Assembly (NCBI GenBank): GCA_038523235.1
Contig: JBCBJQ010000097.1
Location: 1 to 22,462 of the forward strand
Direction: 5' to 3'
Source of the DNA: Cyanobacteria bacterium J06626_4
Lineage (GTDB): Bacteria; Cyanobacteriota; Cyanobacteriia; Phormidesmidales; Phormidesmidaceae
Length of the DNA: 22,462 bases
The notes beneath the pieces were generated by a model. That model did not search any database, was not told the DNA's origin, and saw only the letters and a list, made by a program, of their open reading frames with translations. Made by a program: the position numbers and the translations under genes. Shown piece by piece: positions 17,688 through 22,462 of the stretch. Position 1 is the stretch's first letter. Every line of letters starts with the position of its first letter.

Positions 17688-17867
17688 CGGTGCCTTGACT
17701 CCCCAGAATACGGTTGGATGTTGGGTAAATTATCGCGTTTGATGGTCGCTTTAGTGTCCTGCTGACTACCAAAATCGGGGAAAGGTTGCCCTTTATTGAG
17801 TAGATATACTGTTGAATTATGCGATGTTTGCTCTCTAAAACGCGATCTGGCGGATGGAGCGATCGCG

Positions 17868-17896
17868 AATTTTCACCCTGCTCAAGGGCGAAAATT
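17868..17896. promoter_or_regulatory. Inverted repeat in the divergent promoter region
   Basis: AATTTTCACCCT-N5-AGGGCGAAAATT, 11 of 12 positions complementary. Confidence 0.35.
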
Positions 17897-18158
17897 GAGT
17901 CGCGCGGCTGGGTCCAAGCTCATAGGCAGCAATTTTCAGAAGTGCGGCGATGAGCGGTGCCGTCCTTTCCTATACTGGTAGGCTGGTGGCGCAGTCATCG
18001 CTGATTGAGCCGGTTTGAGAGCGGTTGCCAGCCCACGGCTCGATGGCGTTTCGGCGATCGATGACGGGAGAGCTAGCCGCGATCGCCCGAGCCGCTTCAC
18101 CTTCTCGCTCGCTGGGGCATGTCCTCGGCCCTTTTATCCATCACCTCTGAGGCCAGTT

Positions 18159-19613
18159 ATGTCGTTGATCCGCGAGTTACATCGTCAACTCACGCAAAAA
18201 GAGCGATCTGCGGTTGAGATCACCCAAACCTATTTGAGTCGGATCGAAACGTTAGAGCCCCAGTTGCACAGCTTTTTGACGGTGACCGCCGATCAGGCCC
18301 TGGCCCAAGCCCAAGCGGTGGATCAAAAACTTGCTGACGGTGCCGCGATCGGCCTGCTGGAAGGGATTCCGATGGGTCTGAAAGATAATTTGTGCACCCA
18401 GGGTATTCGCACTACCTGTGCCTCCAAGGTGCTCGACAACTTTGTGCCGCCCTACGAGTCAACGGTCACCCAGCGACTCGCTGAACAAGGGGTGATTGCA
18501 CTGGGCAAAACCAATCTGGATGAGTTTGCCATGGGCAGCTCGACCGAAAACTCCGCCTATCAGGTCACCGGCAATCCCTGGAATCCTGATTGTGTGCCGG
18601 GCGGGTCATCGGGCGGGTCGGCAGCGGCCGTGGCAGCTGATGAATGTCCAGTCGCCCTAGGGTCAGACACCGGGGGCTCGATTCGTCAACCGGCCTCTTT
18701 TTGTGGCGTCGTTGGCCTCAAACCGACCTATGGCTTGGTGTCTCGCTACGGGCTGGTGGCCTTTGCCTCGTCTCTTGACCAGATTGGCCCCCTCACCCGC
18801 ACGGTAGAAGATGCGGCAATTGTTCTGCAGGCGATCGCGGGTCACGATCCCAAAGATTCCACCAGCCTCAATGTCGAAGTGCCTGACTACACGCAAAACC
18901 TGCAGCCAGGGTTAGATTGTCAGGGCCGGACAATTGGCATCATTCAAGAAACCTTTGGCGAAGGGCTCGATCCCGAAGTTGATCAGGCGGTCAAAGCCGC
19001 GATCGCCCAGTTTGAAGCCCTCGGTGCCAAGGTCAAGACGATCTCCTGCCCGCGGTTTCGCTATGGTCTGCCCAGCTACTACATCATTGCGCCCTCCGAA
19101 GCCTCCTCCAACCTGGCCCGGTATGACGGGGTGAAATATGGGGTACGCGCCGACGACAGCAACCTGATCTCGATGTATGCCAAAACGCGGGCAACCGGTT
19201 TTGGCCCCGAGGTCAAACGCCGCATCATGATTGGCACCTACGCCCTCTCTGCCGGATATTACGATGCGTATTATCTGAAAGCTCAAAAAGTTCGCACCCT
19301 GATCAAGCAGGATTTTGAAGCTGCCTTCCAAGAAGTGGATGCTCTGGTATGTCCCACCTCGCCGACAACCGCCTTTAAAGCCGGAACCAAGGTGGATGAT
19401 CCCCTCAGCATGTATCTGATTGATTTAATGACGATTCCCGTCAACTTGGCAGGCCTGCCCGGCATCAGCCTGCCCTGTGGCTTCGATGAGTCAGGGTTGC
19501 CCATCGGCTTGCAACTCATTGGCAACGTGCTGCAAGAGCAAACGCTGTTTGAGATGGCCTATGCCTATGAGCAAGCCACCGACTGGCACCAAAAGTCGCC
19601 TCAGTTGACTTAG
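18159..19613 (+). CDS. gatA: Asp-tRNA(Asn)/Glu-tRNA(Gln) amidotransferase subunit A
   Basis: [100 protein letters not shown]. Start set at ATG 18159. Confidence 0.97.
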   Translation: MSLIRELHRQLTQKERSAVEITQTYLSRIETLEPQLHSFLTVTADQALAQAQAVDQKLADGAAIGLLEGIPMGLKDNLCTQGIRTTCASKVLDNFVPPYESTVTQRLAEQGVIALGKTNLDEFAMGSSTENSAYQVTGNPWNPDCVPGGSSGGSAAAVAADECPVALGSDTGGSIRQPASFCGVVGLKPTYGLVSRYGLVAFASSLDQIGPLTRTVEDAAIVLQAIAGHDPKDSTSLNVEVPDYTQNLQPGLDCQGRTIGIIQETFGEGLDPEVDQAVKAAIAQFEALGAKVKTISCPRFRYGLPSYYIIAPSEASSNLARYDGVKYGVRADDSNLISMYAKTRATGFGPEVKRRIMIGTYALSAGYYDAYYLKAQKVRTLIKQDFEAAFQEVDALVCPTSPTTAFKAGTKVDDPLSMYLIDLMTIPVNLAGLPGISLPCGFDESGLPIGLQLIGNVLQEQTLFEMAYAYEQATDWHQKSPQLT

Positions 19614-19720
19614 CGGCCCTAGTCAGTCTGCGCAGGCCCCATAAGGATTGGGCCGGGGAAGCCGGTGACCGGGTTACCCTGACCTTAGGGACGGATGTTA
19701 ACGGATACTCAGAGACCGTC

Positions 19721-20581
19721 ATGGAACAGTTGATTTTTGGTCTGTTGGGATTCGGGGCGATCGCTTACGCGGCGCTCTGTTTGACCCTTTGGTGGCGCCA
19801 AACCCGCCTGATTTTTTATCCCCAACCGGCCCCGACGACCACGCCCGCCTCTGTTGGCCTAGCCTACGAAGATGTCCAGATCCCCGTGGATGAGGGACAC
19901 ATTCATGGCTGGTGGCTGCCCCATGAAGCTCCCGACGCCAAAACGGCTCTGGTCTTGCATGGCAACGCCAGCAACGTCGCCGATACGCTAAATTGGGCCC
20001 AACCTCTGCTCGCCGCCGGTCTCTCAGCGCTAGTGATTGACTATCGGGGCTACGGTCTCAGCTCGGGGCCTTTTCCCAACGAGGCTAGTGCTTATGCCGA
20101 TGCCACAGCGGCCTGGAACTACTTAATCGAAACGCGGGGAATTCCCGCTGATGCCATTGTGATTTTTGGCCATTCGATTGGAGGCGCGATCGCGATTGAT
20201 TTGGCATACCATCAACCCCAAGCCGCTGGCCTTATTGTCCAAGCTTCGTTCACCTCTATGACGGCCATGATGGAGCATGTTGGTTACAGTCGGATTGTGC
20301 CTAAATGGCTGCTTCATCAGCGGTTTGACTCCCTAACAAAGATCGGCAGCGTATTCCCTCCATTACTACTGATCCACGGTATTGAAGATACTACGGTGCC
20401 CGCCCGCATGAGCGAAGAACTCCAGGCAGCGGCAGCGGCACCTAAACAGCTGTGGCTAGTGCCAGGCGCCGAGCACAACGATATTGCCGAAGTTGCTCAT
20501 GCTCATTACGTTCCCCGGCTAAAAGCATGGTTAAGAGACCATCAGCAAGCACACGCATTATCGACGGAAATACCGTCCTAA
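19721..20581 (+). CDS. Alpha/beta hydrolase (ABHD13/ABHD17-like) with N-terminal TM anchor
   Basis: LHGNASN, IDYRGYGLS, FGHSIGG nucleophile elbow, IHGIEDTTVP (Asp), GAEHND (His). Confidence 0.92.
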   Translation: MEQLIFGLLGFGAIAYAALCLTLWWRQTRLIFYPQPAPTTTPASVGLAYEDVQIPVDEGHIHGWWLPHEAPDAKTALVLHGNASNVADTLNWAQPLLAAGLSALVIDYRGYGLSSGPFPNEASAYADATAAWNYLIETRGIPADAIVIFGHSIGGAIAIDLAYHQPQAAGLIVQASFTSMTAMMEHVGYSRIVPKWLLHQRFDSLTKIGSVFPPLLLIHGIEDTTVPARMSEELQAAAAAPKQLWLVPGAEHNDIAEVAHAHYVPRLKAWLRDHQQAHALSTEIPS

Positions 20582-20621
20582 CCACAGGCCTGTTCTGGAG
20601 CAATAGAGCAACTTAAACGAG

Positions 20622-21542
20622 TCAGTTCCATTCAAAAGGCTGGTTACGAGTGCCGACGATTTCCTGGAACTGTTTTAGCTTTGCTGTCTCCAACTCATCT
20701 TTCCAGCGCTGATCTAATTTAATCGTCAGATCCATCTCAGAATAGTAGCTGCCATGAATCTCTTGCGTGGCCTCTGAGACAGGTTGCTCTCGATAGCGAG
20801 CAATCAAAGCCTTGGCACTACGACTACCCGCAATATAGTTATGGTCGTGCTGCCAATATTCCAGCATGCCCGGTTCGAAGGGGATGCCCAGAAGATCGCA
20901 AACCCCTTGCATCGTCTTGGCAGGATTGGTCGCTAGGGCTTCATATCGCACTTGCATTCTGCGATCGGCCGCCACCGACCCATAAACTTTCTCAGATGCT
21001 TCCAGATTGTTGAGCCAGCGCTGGCTAACGGTCTCTACAGTGAGGTTAGGATAAGCGCGTAAATAGGAGTTTAAAACAGCTCGACCATCGCGCACTACAT
21101 GAATCACATAAGCATCCAAATGACCTTGACGAAATTCACGAGCGTTGAGGCGTTGCGCTACCCAATCCGGATATTTACTCGAATCAATCAGCACAGGTTT
21201 CTGAATTCGATTGAGCAATAACGTGTACGGATTGAGAACGGCATCCTGTCCAGCAATTTCTCGCAGCCAACGGTCTATTTTCAAGGGAATCAGTTGGTTC
21301 AATCGATGACCACTCAGCCCCAAAGCCAATTGTTTAGCATCCTCGCCGCTAAAGTGATCTTGCCAAAACGTTCCTTTGGAGGATAGGTCAGCCACATCAA
21401 AATTGCGGTTATATATTTCTGGTAGCTTACTAATCTCACCGAGGGAGAAGCCTTGAGAGTGGCTTCCCAACATCAGATCTAGCATTGTCGACCCAGAACG
21501 ACCAATGCCCAGGATAAATATAACCTTGCCGGCTGCACTCAT
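20622..21542 (-). CDS. PAPS-dependent sulfotransferase family protein
   Basis: IFILGIGRSGSTMLDLMLGSH (5'-PSB loop), IDSSK, IHVVRDGRAVLNS (3'-PB), VRYEALATNP, RWKDEL. Confidence 0.9.
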   Translation of the reverse strand: MSAAGKVIFILGIGRSGSTMLDLMLGSHSQGFSLGEISKLPEIYNRNFDVADLSSKGTFWQDHFSGEDAKQLALGLSGHRLNQLIPLKIDRWLREIAGQDAVLNPYTLLLNRIQKPVLIDSSKYPDWVAQRLNAREFRQGHLDAYVIHVVRDGRAVLNSYLRAYPNLTVETVSQRWLNNLEASEKVYGSVAADRRMQVRYEALATNPAKTMQGVCDLLGIPFEPGMLEYWQHDHNYIAGSRSAKALIARYREQPVSEATQEIHGSYYSEMDLTIKLDQRWKDELETAKLKQFQEIVGTRNQPFEWN

Positions 21543-21561
21543 TATTCTCTCTCGATAAAAA

Positions 21562-22461
21562 TTACTTTAGTGCTTTAACTTTCTGGGAAATACGCTCCCA
21601 AATACTGATTTTCCTTACGGGCGTTAGATTTCTTAAAGACTCAGAGACCGTCTGAAATCGATACGACTGCCACAAATCCCAATAAGGGCCATCTGGTCTC
21701 ATCGGGCATCCAGCCCAATGAAGATATCGCAGTAGGCGATCGCCATCGTATAGAAGATGTCCTTTCTGTTCAAAATGCGAGCTTCCTGCCCAACTACCAG
21801 GCTCATTAGAATTTGCCTGAGCAATGTTGACGCGTCGCTCCGTTGCTTTCAACACCAGATAGTTGAGGATAGGCTGGTCGGTGGTACCAGTAGAAAAGTC
21901 AAAATATTCTCGATGAGCAGCACATTCTCTTAAGAGAGCTAGCATTTCTTCATAGGCAAAAGTTCCTTTTCGCCCTCCCCAAAATCCGCTATTAAAAATA
22001 TCTTGAAGCTCTGCTTCAGTAAAGATAGATTTCTCTTGGACTACTGCAGTAAAGACTTCTGCTAATCCACGCCCTTGACGCTGAAAATCACAGCAAAAAA
22101 AGTCAGCTTTTTCAAGATAGTTCAAGCTGTTTTGGACAGTTTGAAAAAGAAGAATATCAGTATCAATGTAGACAAACTCATCTAAAGGGCCAAACCAGAG
22201 ACTTAACTTGCGCATCTTGTTAGGCAGCTTGAGAAAATCTCGAGGAAAAATTTCGGCAATATCTTGAGTAAGTTTGTCTAGGAATTCCAAGTCTGGAAAC
22301 AACTGAATATTGAACTGATCCTTGCAAATTTCCCAAACCTGATCATAATTTTGATCAAACGGAACCATGAATACAGGGATATCTGGATCTTGTAAACGCA
22401 AGCTCGTGAGGAGTGCGATAGCTTGATCAAAGACGCGATCGTTTGCTACAAAATAGACACC
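21562..22461 (-). CDS. Npun_R2821/Npun_R2822-like putative glycosyltransferase (5' end outside the window)
   Basis: Frame stays open beyond the listed TTG 22401 to the window edge (GVYFVANDRVFDQAIALLTSLRLQDP). FVYIDTDI (DxD), FNSGFWG, DQPILNY and YLHWAG are GT8-like GT-A motifs. Confidence 0.8.
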   Translation of the reverse strand, partial: GVYFVANDRVFDQAIALLTSLRLQDPDIPVFMVPFDQNYDQVWEICKDQFNIQLFPDLEFLDKLTQDIAEIFPRDFLKLPNKMRKLSLWFGPLDEFVYIDTDILLFQTVQNSLNYLEKADFFCCDFQRQGRGLAEVFTAVVQEKSIFTEAELQDIFNSGFWGGRKGTFAYEEMLALLRECAAHREYFDFSTGTTDQPILNYLVLKATERRVNIAQANSNEPGSWAGSSHFEQKGHLLYDGDRLLRYLHWAGCPMRPDGPYWDLWQSYRFQTVSESLRNLTPVRKISIWERISQKVKALK

Positions 22462-22462
22462 A

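Larger units (their letters stand above)
328..21743. repeat. HIP1 (GCGATCGC) highly iterated palindrome, dispersed
   Basis: About 39 copies by manual count, e.g. 328, 682, 1077, 1106, 2271, 5322, 9340, 9379, 13305, 17859, 18831, 21736; hallmark of cyanobacterial chromosomes. Confidence 0.95.

Noticed and set aside
18015..18158. 48-aa extension of gatA
   Set aside because: Similarity to GatA begins at MSLIRELH; the extension looks non-coding.
1..22462. CRISPR array, tRNA/rRNA, SRP/6S/tmRNA/RNase P RNA, IS or integrase, NtcA box
   Set aside because: No regularly spaced repeats, no cloverleaf or T-loop motifs, no recognisable conserved RNA cores or transposase motifs, and no GTA-N8-TAC in the promoter regions I scanned by eye.

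Overview
A 22.5 kb chromosomal window from a fairly GC-rich cyanobacterium. The HIP1 octamer GCGATCGC occurs about 39 times by manual count, and the gene set is typical of the phylum. Most of the window is housekeeping or envelope genes: biliverdin reductase (bvdR), a GT2-GtrA fusion, a membrane-anchored protein with three Cys-pair beta-sandwich-like repeats, glutaminase (glsA), MTA phosphorylase (mtnP), two small hypotheticals (one PAS-like), mmsA, DoxX, a type II NAD(P)H dehydrogenase, a lumenal pentapeptide-repeat protein, a tail-anchored coiled-coil protein, a large CapA-domain protein, a PBP-A-like serine hydrolase, gatA and an alpha/beta hydrolase. The right end enters an AT-richer glycan-modification locus (sulfotransferase plus a truncated Npun_R2821/R2822-like glycosyltransferase). 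I see no CRISPR array, tRNA/rRNA, transposase, integrase or recognisable defence system, and I cannot claim a novel multi-gene system. The best leads are degenerate or altered active sites (CapA pseudo-enzyme, PBP-A-like protein, Q-type NDH-2), uncharacterised domain architectures, and several structured intergenic regions (9265-9732, the gatA leader, an operator-like palindrome before the NDH-2/DoxX pair). All family assignments come from motif recognition, not database searches.
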